Notes: a model not told the origin generated them from the letters alone. 36,612 bases of DNA from Fibrobacteria bacterium (GCA_041746255.1 JBGTHM010000127.1:1-36612); one strand, 5' to 3'; counted from the stretch's first letter, positions 8,146 to 18,433 are shown. A program made the numbers and translations.

Positions 8146-9420
8146 ATGATTAAAGTCGCCGCCATCGAATCCGGTTCCCAAGCCCAGAAAGTCGGTATTT
8201 TACCCGGCGATAAATTATTGCGCATTAACGAGGAAGAGATTCGCGATCGCCTCGATTTCGAATTCTACCGTAGCGAACAATTTCTCGACATCGAGGTGCT
8301 GCGCGGTGAGAATCCCATGCGCTTCGAACTCAAGCGTAAGCCCGGACAAGTTCTGGGTATCGAACCCGAGGTGATGAAAATCCACCTCTGCAAGAATAAT
8401 TGCGTTTTCTGCTTCGTGCACCAGACTCCTCGCGGCATGCGTAAGTCCTTGTATGTCAAGGACGAGGATTATCGCTATTCTTTTCTGGACGGACATTTCA
8501 CGACCCTCTCCAATATGAAGCCGGAAGACTGGCAGCGGGTGCTCGACCAGAGGCTTTCGCCCCTGTACATTTCCGTACACGCCACCGAACCGGAATTGCG
8601 GGGGCGCTTACTTAAAAACACCAAGCTCGAACCCATTCTCGATCGATTGCAATGGTTGATGGACAACGGACTCGAATTCCATACCCAGTTGGTAGTGATT
8701 CCCGAATGGAACGACCGGGAACATTTGGAGCGATCTCTCCGTGAACTTCGCGCCTTCCGCCCCGCGTTACAGTCCATATCGGTGGTGCCTATCGGGCTTA
8801 CCGAACATCGGAAAAACCTTCCCGACTTGCGGACTTTCACCCTGGACGATGCCTTGGATTGCCTCGAAAGAGTGGAGCGCCATGGGCGCGAATCCAAAGC
8901 CGAGTCCGATACCGGCGAAATGTATATTTACGCCTCGGACGAAATCTATGTGCTGGCAGAGAAACCCATGCCTCCCGCCGAACATTACGGCGACTTTTCG
9001 CAATACGAAAATGGCGTGGGTACATTGCGAACCTTGATGGACGATTTCGAGCGCGAAAAACCTTTTCTGCCAAAGGCCGCTCCTGGAACCCAGGTGACGG
9101 TATTGACCGCAGCGTTGGCGTATAAAACCAAACTGGCTATCATGGAAACCTTGCGGATCGAAAAAGACCTCGAATACGAGTTAATCGTTTGTGAGAATAA
9201 AACTTTCGGAAAATCCGTGACGGCCACCGGTTTGCTCTGCGGTCGCGATTTCGCAGCGGCGCTCGAAAGCAGTCGCGGTAAAGGAGCCATTCTGATACCT
9301 CCCAACTCGCTTAATCGCGACAACCTTTTCCTGGACGATGTCAGTCCCGGCGATTTGGAAAAGCGCTTTGGCCGACCCGTTCGCGCGCCCAACAGCTATA
9401 AGGATTATTTCGGGATTTGA
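8146..9420 (+). CDS. PDZ + radical-SAM-like DUF512 Fe-S oxidoreductase
   Basis: N-terminal PDZ-like segment, CKNNCVFC, KDEDYRYSF, QYENGVG, TATGLLCGRD. Confidence 0.9.
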   Translation: MIKVAAIESGSQAQKVGILPGDKLLRINEEEIRDRLDFEFYRSEQFLDIEVLRGENPMRFELKRKPGQVLGIEPEVMKIHLCKNNCVFCFVHQTPRGMRKSLYVKDEDYRYSFLDGHFTTLSNMKPEDWQRVLDQRLSPLYISVHATEPELRGRLLKNTKLEPILDRLQWLMDNGLEFHTQLVVIPEWNDREHLERSLRELRAFRPALQSISVVPIGLTEHRKNLPDLRTFTLDDALDCLERVERHGRESKAESDTGEMYIYASDEIYVLAEKPMPPAEHYGDFSQYENGVGTLRTLMDDFEREKPFLPKAAPGTQVTVLTAALAYKTKLAIMETLRIEKDLEYELIVCENKTFGKSVTATGLLCGRDFAAALESSRGKGAILIPPNSLNRDNLFLDDVSPGDLEKRFGRPVRAPNSYKDYFGI

Positions 9421-9427
9421 CCCGGTG

Positions 9428-10237
9428 ATGTATTCCGTGAAGGCGGCCTTCGGCCCCACTATCGTACTCCTCTTTCTGGTGGCGTCTCTGTTACCCACCC
9501 CTGGATTAGCTTCTTCCGCTGAACCGGAAGCCGATACCGACGTTTCCGAACCTCCCCGACGTATTCCCGAACCGACCGGCCCCGTATACCGAAAGGTGAA
9601 ATCCATTCCCTATCCCAACCGCAGCTTTTATATCTCCAGGGGGATATTGGGGGGAATCGCCTTCGGTCTGTACCGTAAAGACGGCAATGATTTCAGCCTT
9701 TTCCAATGGCAGGGCGAGACCACATATTTTTATCGCCCCTATTTTTCCGCCGGTATCGGTGGCCGGATTACCGCAGGCGAGCCTTCCGACCTTAGGCAGG
9801 AGATCCATACGCGGTATCTGGGCATTACCCGTTTCCACCGGGCTTGGAGCCATGCCGCCCTGTATGGGGGAGTACAAGTTGGAGTGGCAAACCTCAATTT
9901 TTTCACTAAGCCGCCCGATGACACGACCACGGTTTTGGAAACCTCCCGCAATAATACCGAGCCCAGTCTTGCCCTCGACCTGGGATTCGGGTGGAAGATT
10001 TTCCCCTTCGTGGGGCTCACTTTGGGGGCGAATCTCGAGTACACGACTGAACAATCGGTCAATTTGCGGGTTTTACCGGGAATTGCAGTGGATTTATTGG
10101 CTTTTGCCGATGAAATGCGCGGTATTGTCCCGGCCCTCTATCTTTTCATGGAGTACCAGGCGGGTTTTTTACCCTTGGAGAAGCGAGGCGAACGTCAGGA
10201 TCGTTCCGTGGTCGTAGGTATCGGTTTGGCTTTTTAG
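9428..10237 (+). CDS. Hypothetical exported protein, probable outer-membrane beta-barrel
   Basis: Signal-peptide-like N-terminus, amphipathic beta strands, C-terminal VGIGLAF. Confidence 0.7.
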   Translation: MYSVKAAFGPTIVLLFLVASLLPTPGLASSAEPEADTDVSEPPRRIPEPTGPVYRKVKSIPYPNRSFYISRGILGGIAFGLYRKDGNDFSLFQWQGETTYFYRPYFSAGIGGRITAGEPSDLRQEIHTRYLGITRFHRAWSHAALYGGVQVGVANLNFFTKPPDDTTTVLETSRNNTEPSLALDLGFGWKIFPFVGLTLGANLEYTTEQSVNLRVLPGIAVDLLAFADEMRGIVPALYLFMEYQAGFLPLEKRGERQDRSVVVGIGLAF

Positions 10238-10261
10238 GCTGGGCTCGCGGCCTTCCCTGGC

Positions 10262-10290
10262 TTGCAAAACAAGCTTCTTTTGACTACTTT
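10262..10290 (+). promoter_or_regulatory. Putative sigma70 promoter of rpsF operon
   Basis: TTGCAA-17 nt-TACTTT. Confidence 0.55.
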
Positions 10291-10291
10291 G

Positions 10292-10401
10292 GACCCCTCC
10301 TCGGCGCATTGCCGGGGTGAAAAATCACCGATAACCTGTTCTAGCTGAGCCGGACTAGAACCGAGCCGCCTGCGCGCGGAAGACCAAAGGAAGGTTTAAT
10401 C
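10292..10401 (+). promoter_or_regulatory. Putative S6:S18 autoregulatory leader
   Basis: 5' CCCTCC can pair with the SD GGAAGG; a CCA precedes the SD strand; internal hairpins; lies directly upstream of rpsF. Confidence 0.5.
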
Positions 10402-10767
10402 TTGAATAAATATGAAACCGTCGTAATCGTAGACGCCATGATCCCCGAGGAGGCCGTGGTATCGGAATTCGACGCCATTGCCAAGCAAATCGAGGCCGTC
10501 GGCACCATGCTCAAGGTCGATCGCTGGGGCAAGAAGCGTCTCGCTTATCCCATCAGCAAGAAAAGCCACGGCGAATACACCGTGTTTTATTACGAAGCTC
10601 CCACCAGCTTTCCCGCTGAGATGGAAAAACGCTTCCGCATCAACGAAAACATCCTGAGATGGCTGACCATCGAAGGCATTCCGGGGGGAATCCCCTCCGA
10701 TGAACCCAGAGATAACCGTGAACCGGTTTACGTGGGAGAAAGAGAGGACAATGATGGCCGAGCGTAA
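10402..10767 (+). CDS. rpsF: 30S ribosomal protein S6
   Basis: [29 protein letters not shown] start. Confidence 0.97.
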   Translation: MNKYETVVIVDAMIPEEAVVSEFDAIAKQIEAVGTMLKVDRWGKKRLAYPISKKSHGEYTVFYYEAPTSFPAEMEKRFRINENILRWLTIEGIPGGIPSDEPRDNREPVYVGEREDNDGRA

Positions 10768-11002
10768 CAACCCCAAAGAAAATAAGAAGCGCAGAAAAGT
10801 CTGCTTTTTCACCGAAAACAAAATTCCCTATATCGACTATAAAGACGAGCGATTATTGCGGAAGTTTGTCAATGAACGTGGAAAAATCGTATCCCGTAAA
10901 ATTTCCGGCACTTCCGCAAAATACCAGCGGCAGCTGGCGACGGCCATCAAGCGTGCAAGGCACCTGGCGCTGTTGCCTTTCGTCGCCGAGAACATGCGCT
11001 AA
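10754..11002 (+). CDS. rpsR: 30S ribosomal protein S18
   Basis: [34 protein letters not shown]; start 10751 or 10754 after GAGGA. Confidence 0.97.
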   Translation: MAERNNPKENKKRRKVCFFTENKIPYIDYKDERLLRKFVNERGKIVSRKISGTSAKYQRQLATAIKRARHLALLPFVAENMR

Positions 11003-11026
11003 CCGGTCCGAGCGAGGAATAAAGAC

Positions 11027-11482
11027 ATGGAAATCATACTCAAACAAGACATACAAGGCCTGGGCAGAGCCCTCGACCTCGTCAAAGTGAAAAATGGCTT
11101 CGCCTTGAATTATCTCTTTCCCGAAAAACTGGCCGTCATGGCCACCGATCGGGCCAAAAAGAATATTGAAGCGGAACGGGTCAAGGCGGAAGCCCGATCC
11201 GAAGTGGATAAGCAGGCGGCGGTGGCCCGAGCTGAAAAGCTCAAGGATTTCTCCGTTACCTTATCGGCGCGTGTTTCCGAAGGCGATAAACTCTACGGTT
11301 CGATTCAAGCCGCCGACGTTTCCGCCAAGCTTAAAGAAGCCGGCTACGATATCGACAAGCGCAGCGTAATTCTGCCGGATAACATCAAGCAGTTGGGAAT
11401 GTTCACCATCAAGGTGCAATTGCACCGCGATGTTGAGGCCAAGATCAAGCTGTGGGTTATCAACGACGAATCCGCTTCCTGA
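11027..11482 (+). CDS. rplI: 50S ribosomal protein L9
   Basis: MEIILKQDI.GLG, VKNGFALNYLFP, KLYGSI, IKQLG. Confidence 0.97.
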   Translation: MEIILKQDIQGLGRALDLVKVKNGFALNYLFPEKLAVMATDRAKKNIEAERVKAEARSEVDKQAAVARAEKLKDFSVTLSARVSEGDKLYGSIQAADVSAKLKEAGYDIDKRSVILPDNIKQLGMFTIKVQLHRDVEAKIKLWVINDESAS

Positions 11483-11515
11483 TCAAAGTCTCCGACGCTT
11501 CCGAATAAATCTGAA

Positions 11516-11542
11516 AAGCGGCTCCTCAAGGAGCCGCTTCTT
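11516..11542 (+). terminator. Probable intrinsic terminator after rplI
   Basis: AAGCGGCTCC-TCAA-GGAGCCGCTT followed by CTT. Confidence 0.7.
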
Positions 11543-11559
11543 CCAACGGCGGAAATCCC

Positions 11560-12372
11560 ATGGCTAAGAAGCAGCGTATCACCGTAATGGGGGCAGGAGG
11601 CCGCATGGGTCAGATGATCCTGCAGGCTTGCGCCACCCGTATCCAGCGGTCCGAATTTCCCATGACCCTATTCGGAGCCATCGAAGCGCCTGGTTCGCAA
11701 CGCGTCGGCCAATCCGTAGGCATTCCCGGACTGGCCTTGAAAATCTCCGACGATGTGAACTCCCATGTCGACGGAGAAACCGTACTTATTGACTTCACCC
11801 AGCCCACCGCCACTTTGGCGACCCTGGCGGTGGCCGTTAATCGGGGCGCAGGAATGGTTATCGGAACCACGGGTTTTTCCGACGAAGGCAAAGCGGCCAT
11901 CGAAGCCGCTTCAAAAACCATCCCCATCGTTATGGCCCCCAATATGAGTGTCGGGGTAAATTTGCTTTTCCAGGTTACCGAAAGCGTGGCGCGCGCCTTG
12001 GGACCCGATTACGACGTGGAAATTATCGAAGCCCATCACAACCAAAAAAAAGACGCGCCCAGTGGAACTGCCTTGGGATTCGCCGAAGCGGTGGCGCGCG
12101 GCCATGCCATCAATTTGCGCGACAAGGCGGTTTATGGCCGAGAGGGATTGACGGGTGAGAGACCGCGTGGTGAAATCGGTATCCATGCCGTGAGGGCCGG
12201 CGATATCGCGGGTGATCATACCGTGCTTTTCGCGGCCGGGGGGGAGCGCATCGAAATCCGCCATGTGGCCCATAGTCGCCAGCCCTTCGCCGAAGGCGCC
12301 GTCAAAGCCGCGTTATTCCTGCGTGACCAAAGCCCAGGGCTTTATTCCATGCACGACGTGCTGGAACTTTAA
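11560..12372 (+). CDS. dapB: 4-hydroxy-tetrahydrodipicolinate reductase
   Basis: GAGGRMG, IDFT, VIGTTG, APNMSVGVN, EAHHNQKKDAPSGTA. Confidence 0.97.
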   Translation: MAKKQRITVMGAGGRMGQMILQACATRIQRSEFPMTLFGAIEAPGSQRVGQSVGIPGLALKISDDVNSHVDGETVLIDFTQPTATLATLAVAVNRGAGMVIGTTGFSDEGKAAIEAASKTIPIVMAPNMSVGVNLLFQVTESVARALGPDYDVEIIEAHHNQKKDAPSGTALGFAEAVARGHAINLRDKAVYGREGLTGERPRGEIGIHAVRAGDIAGDHTVLFAAGGERIEIRHVAHSRQPFAEGAVKAALFLRDQSPGLYSMHDVLEL

Positions 12373-12508
12373 TTTCCGGGAAGCCATCCTGGTTTTTTAC
12401 GGAAAATCCGCGTTATCCCGGTGGTTGCCTCCAGCGAAGGGTTGTATATTCCAGTGAGTTTTCGCGGTCGTTTCCGCTCTTTTTGGGTCAGCCAACCGAG
12501 GTGGGGAA

Positions 12509-13717
12509 TTGCATAGGATACGGGTTCTTTTGGGGTTTCTGGCAGCGGTTTCCTTCCTACCTAACCGGCCGTATGCCGAAGAGAACCCTTATCTTCCTTC
12601 CGGCGGGGCGACTGTGTCTCCCTCGGCGGAAGTTCCGGAAGATACCACGACTGCGCCCGATACCTCGGTAACCGCCGAGGCCCCGAAACCGCTACCGGAC
12701 ACGACGGCGATTTTACCGGATACGTCGGTTACGAGTGTGGCCAACGAATTGTTGCCCGTGACGGATACCGCTCTCACAGCGGATACGAGTCGCGCCGCCG
12801 CACCCAGTCCACCACCGGCCAAATCGGAGGACGCGGGGGAAAGTGAACGTCGCCAGCGTATCGTGCGGGAGACCACCGTCAACACCATCGATGAATTGAA
12901 GGGCCGCTATCGCTCGCCCAAAAAAGCGCTTTTCATGTCGCTCGTCGTCCCCGGGCTGGGCCAGGCCTATGTCGGCCATTATTACCGGGCGGCCGCCTAT
13001 GTTCTCGCGGACGTGGCCATGATAGCCGGCTGGCGCCATTACGTGGTGGTCAAGCATGACAGGCAGGTGAGACGTTACCGGCAATTCGCGGATGAGAATT
13101 GGAGCCAGAGTAAATATGAGGATTCCGTTTCGCAAGTACTTTCCATCCGCGATAAGGAAGCCCGGATTCTCCTGACGCCCCATCGGGAATTCTATTGCAA
13201 TTATGTCGTCAACCGCACCCCGGGGCAAGGCGAGAGGCTTTTCGAGGCCTGCCGTGATTTGCCGTCTACCAATGATTATTCGCTGTACCGCGAGGTTTAT
13301 GGCGATGCGAATAGAGATGCGGAGGCGCGGGGTGAATTCCGGAGTAACTTTCCGGACGTGCATCAATTCTATGAGTCGATAGGTAAACATCAAGAGTTCA
13401 TTTCCGGATGGGCCGATGCGAACGACGTGATATTCGGAGACAGCAGCATAATCGGCACGAGCGATCATCGTAGCCGCTATATCGGTATGCGCGCCCAAGC
13501 CACGGAGTATTCGCGCATGCAAGTTTATTTCATGGGAGGCATTGTCCTCAATCACATCATTTCGGCCCTCGATGCCGCGCTGGCGGCTCGGTTCCATAAT
13601 CGCGCACTTTACCAGACCGAAGTAAGCTGGTACGATCGTATCCGCCTGGAAAGCGTTTTGGGTCGCGATTCACAGGGACTTCCGGTCCCTACCGTATTGG
13701 CGCATATCCCCTTCTGA
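12509..13717 (+). CDS. Hypothetical exported protein, DUF5683-like
   Basis: Signal peptide, T/P/D-rich linker, SPKKALFMSLVVPGLGQAY motif, C-terminal Phe; TTG start uncertain. Confidence 0.75.
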   Translation: MHRIRVLLGFLAAVSFLPNRPYAEENPYLPSGGATVSPSAEVPEDTTTAPDTSVTAEAPKPLPDTTAILPDTSVTSVANELLPVTDTALTADTSRAAAPSPPPAKSEDAGESERRQRIVRETTVNTIDELKGRYRSPKKALFMSLVVPGLGQAYVGHYYRAAAYVLADVAMIAGWRHYVVVKHDRQVRRYRQFADENWSQSKYEDSVSQVLSIRDKEARILLTPHREFYCNYVVNRTPGQGERLFEACRDLPSTNDYSLYREVYGDANRDAEARGEFRSNFPDVHQFYESIGKHQEFISGWADANDVIFGDSSIIGTSDHRSRYIGMRAQATEYSRMQVYFMGGIVLNHIISALDAALAARFHNRALYQTEVSWYDRIRLESVLGRDSQGLPVPTVLAHIPF

Positions 13718-13727
13718 GATCCTAGAG

Positions 13728-14525
13728 ATGTTCACTTCGGATGTAACCCCGGCTTCTGCAATTCCCGTACCCTCCTCGGGACGAGTGGCCTTGGTCGCAT
13801 TGATGGCCGTGCTGCTGCTGGTGCGCATGACCCCGGCCCAGACCGTCGTAGAGGAGGAAGAAGTTGGCGGTGAGTTCACCATTGAAGTCGATCAAAGCCG
13901 CTCCCAGAACGAAGGGAAGTCGCTGGGAATGGCGCTGTTGCTTTCCGCCGCGGTTCCGGGTATCGGCGAGGCCTATTTAAAGGATCGCAACAAAGCCCGC
14001 ACCTTCCTTCTCGTTGAGGTTGGGTTTTGGGCCGCGCTCTATGCTTCGGTGGTTATGCAGGGGTCTTATATGCAATCAGCCCGCAACTTCGCCTCGGAGC
14101 ATGCGGGCATTGATGCCAGCGGCAGGGACGAACAGTTTCTGGAACGCATGGCCCGCTACCGCTCCTATGAAGAAAAGCACCATCGGCAAGACGGATACGA
14201 ATTGGCCCAGGTGTTAAACGAGCAAATTCTCGACGGTAATTACGAACTCGCTCCGGACCCCGAAAATAGGTGGGATTTCGGAAGTTCCATCAATCCGCAG
14301 AATACTCTCAACTGGCAGAGCTACGAATCCACCTTACGCCACTACCGGGGCGCCAAAGTGGCGGTATCCTTCGCTATCGGCGCCTTGGCCGTAAACCGGT
14401 TGGCTTCGCTGGTCAATACTTTGCACTTGCATAAGAAAACCAGCGCCCCCTCGACAGCGCAATTGCGCTTCACCCCGGAAATCGGTCCGGGTCTCGGAGG
14501 CGGGCGGGTTAGTCTCAATTTCTGA
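13728..14525 (+). CDS. Hypothetical exported protein, DUF5683-like paralogue
   Basis: SLGMALLLSAAVPGIGEAY motif; C-terminal VSLNF. Confidence 0.75.
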   Translation: MFTSDVTPASAIPVPSSGRVALVALMAVLLLVRMTPAQTVVEEEEVGGEFTIEVDQSRSQNEGKSLGMALLLSAAVPGIGEAYLKDRNKARTFLLVEVGFWAALYASVVMQGSYMQSARNFASEHAGIDASGRDEQFLERMARYRSYEEKHHRQDGYELAQVLNEQILDGNYELAPDPENRWDFGSSINPQNTLNWQSYESTLRHYRGAKVAVSFAIGALAVNRLASLVNTLHLHKKTSAPSTAQLRFTPEIGPGLGGGRVSLNF

Positions 14526-14535
14526 TTCTCCGTTT

Positions 14536-15174
14536 TCAAGCCTTCCCGGCAAACGCCTTTTCCAGCACTTGTAAAAATACCTCGCTGGACTGCGCTCCTG
14601 AAACAGCATATTCCCGGTTGAAGGCGAAAAAGGGCACCCCACGCACACCCAAGCGCCTGGACTCTTCGATATCCCGTTTCACCTCAATTGCGTAAGCATC
14701 GCTGTTAAGTACATTACGGATAGCACCCTCGTCCAGTCCGGCCTCTATGCCCAGCGTCACCAGGGTTTCCGCATCGGCGGTATTCTTTCCATCCGTAAAA
14801 TAAGCCTTGAATAGGCTCTCTTCCAGCTCATTGTCACGTCCCAGGGATTTAGCCAATTGTAAAACCCGATGTGCGTCGAAGGAGTTGGCTACCACCACTT
14901 TGTCGAGGTTGAATTTCAACCCCACGTCTTCGGCCATGCGCTCCACATGTTGTTGCATTTGTCGGGTGTATTCCAAGGACCAGCCTTTTTTTTCGGCGAG
15001 ATGTTCGTCCAGGCTGCGTTTAGGGTCGGTTGTCAAGTAAGCATCCAATTGGAAACTTTTCCAGGACACCAAAACCTCATTCCTGCTAGGAAATTGCTTT
15101 AAGGCCTCTTCAAATTTGCGCTTTCCGATATAGCAGAAAGGACACATCACATCCGACCAGATTTCAACTTGCAT
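14536..15174 (-). CDS. DsbA-family oxidoreductase, FrnE-like
   Basis: MQVEIWSDVMCPFCYIGK, GVRGVPFF, VSGAQ; GAGGT RBS. Confidence 0.93.
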   Translation of the reverse strand: MQVEIWSDVMCPFCYIGKRKFEEALKQFPSRNEVLVSWKSFQLDAYLTTDPKRSLDEHLAEKKGWSLEYTRQMQQHVERMAEDVGLKFNLDKVVVANSFDAHRVLQLAKSLGRDNELEESLFKAYFTDGKNTADAETLVTLGIEAGLDEGAIRNVLNSDAYAIEVKRDIEESRRLGVRGVPFFAFNREYAVSGAQSSEVFLQVLEKAFAGKA

Positions 15175-15196
15175 CAAATCAACCTCGAAACTCAAT

Positions 15197-17221
15197 TCAT
15201 TTACGCAACCTGCCGTTGCGAAGAAAGAAACGATCCAAACAATAGACGTGGAAGGCAACTGTAACCGATATCAGCGCCCCGAGCAACGGAGGAAGCAAAT
15301 AGGAGGCGATAATCCCCCAACCGTTTTTAAGGCGCTTAAGAAAGCGATAATTTTTCACCCATTTACGGAAACGGGGCCACAGTCCCAATGCGGCCAAACC
15401 CAGGGCGGGGAGTGTGAGTTGCAGCGTCCGGCCCAGCCGCAAATCCATAAGCGCGGCCCAATAGGTTGAAAGCGACTCCAAGGGATAAAATGGAATCGGC
15501 AGGGGATACTTCCACCACAGTATCGGAGGAACGGCCAGCAACCCCACAAAAACTATGGCTAAAAGGTAAGGAAGCAAAATGGCATAACTCCCCAGTTGGC
15601 TCGCCTGGAAAGGGTCGCGGAGACGGAAGGGTTTGAATAACTTATGTTGGCCACCCTGCAAATGCCGGAACAATTTTTCGGGCCGGTTACGGATCTCTTC
15701 GCGAATCGCCAAGAAATTCCATTGGCCCCGAGGTTCCTCGCGGGTTAATTCGGCGGCGGCCATGAAGTCGCCCCCCTTCTCAAGGAAATCACCGTTCAGG
15801 CAATAGCCGTCATACATCAATGAGTAGGCTTCCAGGTCGGAAAAGGAGTCGAGATCGGTGCGAATTCGCGCCAGCCAATAAACCCGGTCGGTGGGGTTGC
15901 GAGCGTCTTGCCCCATAGCTGGAAAATCATCGCGGTTTTCAAAGCAGCTCTTCAGATGGAAAAAGGCGAATTCATTCGGGTGCCACTTGCGCTCGGGATC
16001 GGTATGGGTTTTTTCGGAAAGCAGGGAAGGCGGTCGGTATTTCTGTAATAAGGCGTTGATTTCCCGCGCATCCCCCAGTTGATGGAAACCGGTTTTACGC
16101 ACCCTTTCCATGAGGATGTCGTTGGCGCGCATGGCCACGTTGAGCGCTGTGCCGGAAGGGTCGGCCTCATCGGACATCTGTCCCGATGCATCGCTGCAAA
16201 TCACGTAAAGACATTGGTTTTCCAGCAACGAGGCCAGACCCTGGTTGTCGAAGACGCCGCCATCGGAGAGTTGCACCACGAGGGGGTTCCCGTCCTGGTC
16301 TTCATAGAGGTCGTGGATGGAAAGCGGAGGAAAAATTCCCGGTACGGCGGCGGAGGCGGCCACGGCGTCGGCCAAGGTGAGGGAGTGCAACTTATCCCGG
16401 CGTTCCGGTGAATAGGAGGTGTCGTCGAAGGAAAGCCGCGGTAGCCGGATATTGAAATCGATATCGTTATACCGCGGATCGTCCCCATCGGCCTCTCCAA
16501 CCGACGAGGCGGTGAAGCGCCACAGGTGACCCGAATTCAGGCAGGTGGCATTGATGTTGAGCATGGGAATTTTGAATTCTGCGGTGGCGTTATAATCCCT
16601 GGCTTTGATAACCGCATGTTCCGTCATAGCTTCGGGCAGCAAATGATCGGGAGGTTTGATCTTGATGTCTTTGAGCAGGATGAGTTCTTCGGGCGATCCT
16701 ATCGGCAAGCCTTCGGCCGCGCGAATCTTCTCCCATACCGGCCAGTAAAAATGGCGGTTATACAGTTCCGCGATATGGTCGCTGCGGGAATAATCGGCTT
16801 TCATCATCTTGGCGTTGGCGATGGGGTTCAGGAAAGTGCGCATGCGTATATTTCTTTGCACCGCCTCCAGAAAATCACTTTCGATTTCGCGCACCAGTTC
16901 GATGTAATCAGCGCGCGAGGGCTTTTTCCCATCCCTGCATTTGACTTCGAAAAGTTCTTTCACCTTGAGGTAATAATAAGCGCCGATAATGGATCCGCCC
17001 GAAACGGTGGACAAACATTCGAGGCTGCGCAGCAAATCCATTTCGGCCAGCCGGGCGAGGGTGCCGATATGAAAAAGCGAGGCGCGAAACCCTCCTCCCG
17101 AAAGAGCCAGTCCGAGACGGCCCCGGTGAATCCTCTCCCGTTGTGCCATCGGTGATTCGGTTTGGGTCCTTCCCGCAGGTAGCACGGAGGCGCCAAGTGA
17201 TTTCAGGGTCTGTGATTCCAT
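15197..17221 (-). CDS. Patatin-like phospholipase with C-terminal TM helices
   Basis: LALSGGGFRA, STVSGGS, ASAAVPG.F.P, DGG. Confidence 0.9.
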   Translation of the reverse strand: MESQTLKSLGASVLPAGRTQTESPMAQRERIHRGRLGLALSGGGFRASLFHIGTLARLAEMDLLRSLECLSTVSGGSIIGAYYYLKVKELFEVKCRDGKKPSRADYIELVREIESDFLEAVQRNIRMRTFLNPIANAKMMKADYSRSDHIAELYNRHFYWPVWEKIRAAEGLPIGSPEELILLKDIKIKPPDHLLPEAMTEHAVIKARDYNATAEFKIPMLNINATCLNSGHLWRFTASSVGEADGDDPRYNDIDFNIRLPRLSFDDTSYSPERRDKLHSLTLADAVAASAAVPGIFPPLSIHDLYEDQDGNPLVVQLSDGGVFDNQGLASLLENQCLYVICSDASGQMSDEADPSGTALNVAMRANDILMERVRKTGFHQLGDAREINALLQKYRPPSLLSEKTHTDPERKWHPNEFAFFHLKSCFENRDDFPAMGQDARNPTDRVYWLARIRTDLDSFSDLEAYSLMYDGYCLNGDFLEKGGDFMAAAELTREEPRGQWNFLAIREEIRNRPEKLFRHLQGGQHKLFKPFRLRDPFQASQLGSYAILLPYLLAIVFVGLLAVPPILWWKYPLPIPFYPLESLSTYWAALMDLRLGRTLQLTLPALGLAALGLWPRFRKWVKNYRFLKRLKNGWGIIASYLLPPLLGALISVTVAFHVYCLDRFFLRNGRLRK

Positions 17222-17382
17222 GTTTTCCTCCTTGAATCGAATCGAGCGAGGGCTTCGTCGCCCCGTTGAAAATCTACATACGCGTTCCGGCTTTCTTGGA
17301 TTTACATGGTGTTTCCGTCACAGGATTGATATTTTCCCTTACGTTGATAAACCGGAAAGCGGTTTGCGAAGGAGACGGGATT

Positions 17383-18417
17383 ATGGCTGATGCGATAATA
17401 CGGGAATTTACGTTGGGATTTCCCTGGGAAACCCAGGATCCTTTTCTTTTCTGCGTTTACCATCGGGACGATTATCCCGCCGGCAACCCGGACATGGGCC
17501 CGGCGGCATCGTTGGAAGGCCGAACGCTGGGAAACGATTTCGTCGTGAAAGACGGTTGGCGCATGTACCATGGTCGCAAGGTACCCGGTTTCCCCGCGCA
17601 TCCCCATCGTGGATTCGAAACCGTGACCATCGTCCGGAGCGGTTTCATTGATCACTGTGATTCGCTCGGCGCTGCGGCCCGCTTTGGACAAGGGGATACG
17701 CAATGGTTGACGGCCGGTCGCGGCGTAGTCCATTCCGAAATCTTTCCCTTGCGGAACCGCGATACCGGAAATCCTCTGGAACTCTTTCAGATTTGGCTCA
17801 ACCTGCCCAAAGCCGATAAAATGGCCGAACCCTATTTCACCATGCTATGGGCAGGCGATATTCCCACCTCCGTTTTCCAAGACGAGACGGGAAACAAAAC
17901 CGAGGTCACTTTCATTGCGGGCGCGATAGACCGGGAGAATAACGGCAAGCCGCCGTTGCCTCCACCGCCACCTCCCAACTCCTGGGCGGCTCGTCCCGAG
18001 TCCGACCTGGCGATTTGGACCCTGCGCATGGATCCCCATGCCGGGTGGCGACTGCCTCCGGCCCGGAGCGGAACGAACCGTACGCTTTATTTTTTCTCGG
18101 GAAAAAGTCTGCATGTCGAGGGTACCGAGGTCACCCCCGGACGAGGCCTCGAATTACGGGCCGATGGAGAAATTAACCTCACCAACGGACCCGAAACCGC
18201 GGAGTTGTTGCTTTTACAAGGCCGCCCCATCGGAGAGCCGGTGGAGCAATACGGACCTTTCGTCATGAATACGCGTGAAGAAATCCAGCAAGCCTATCAA
18301 GATTACCAGCGTACCCAATTCGGGGGCTGGCCCTGGCCGAGCGATGCGCCCGTTCACCCAAGGGAAGCGGGTCGATTCGCCCGCCATGCGGACGGCCATG
18401 AGGAACGACCGGAGTGA
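17383..18417 (+). CDS. Pirin family protein
   Basis: GFPAHPHRGFETVT, TAGRGVVHSE, FQIWLNLP, GPFVMNT; GGAG RBS before ATG 17383. Confidence 0.93.
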   Translation: MADAIIREFTLGFPWETQDPFLFCVYHRDDYPAGNPDMGPAASLEGRTLGNDFVVKDGWRMYHGRKVPGFPAHPHRGFETVTIVRSGFIDHCDSLGAAARFGQGDTQWLTAGRGVVHSEIFPLRNRDTGNPLELFQIWLNLPKADKMAEPYFTMLWAGDIPTSVFQDETGNKTEVTFIAGAIDRENNGKPPLPPPPPPNSWAARPESDLAIWTLRMDPHAGWRLPPARSGTNRTLYFFSGKSLHVEGTEVTPGRGLELRADGEINLTNGPETAELLLLQGRPIGEPVEQYGPFVMNTREEIQQAYQDYQRTQFGGWPWPSDAPVHPREAGRFARHADGHEERPE

Positions 18418-18433
18418 TTCCGGTCTGCTTAAG

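Noticed and set aside
17950..17976. Poly-proline stretch in pirin
   Set aside because: Mixed codons forming a short loop insertion; not a slippage tract or repeat element.
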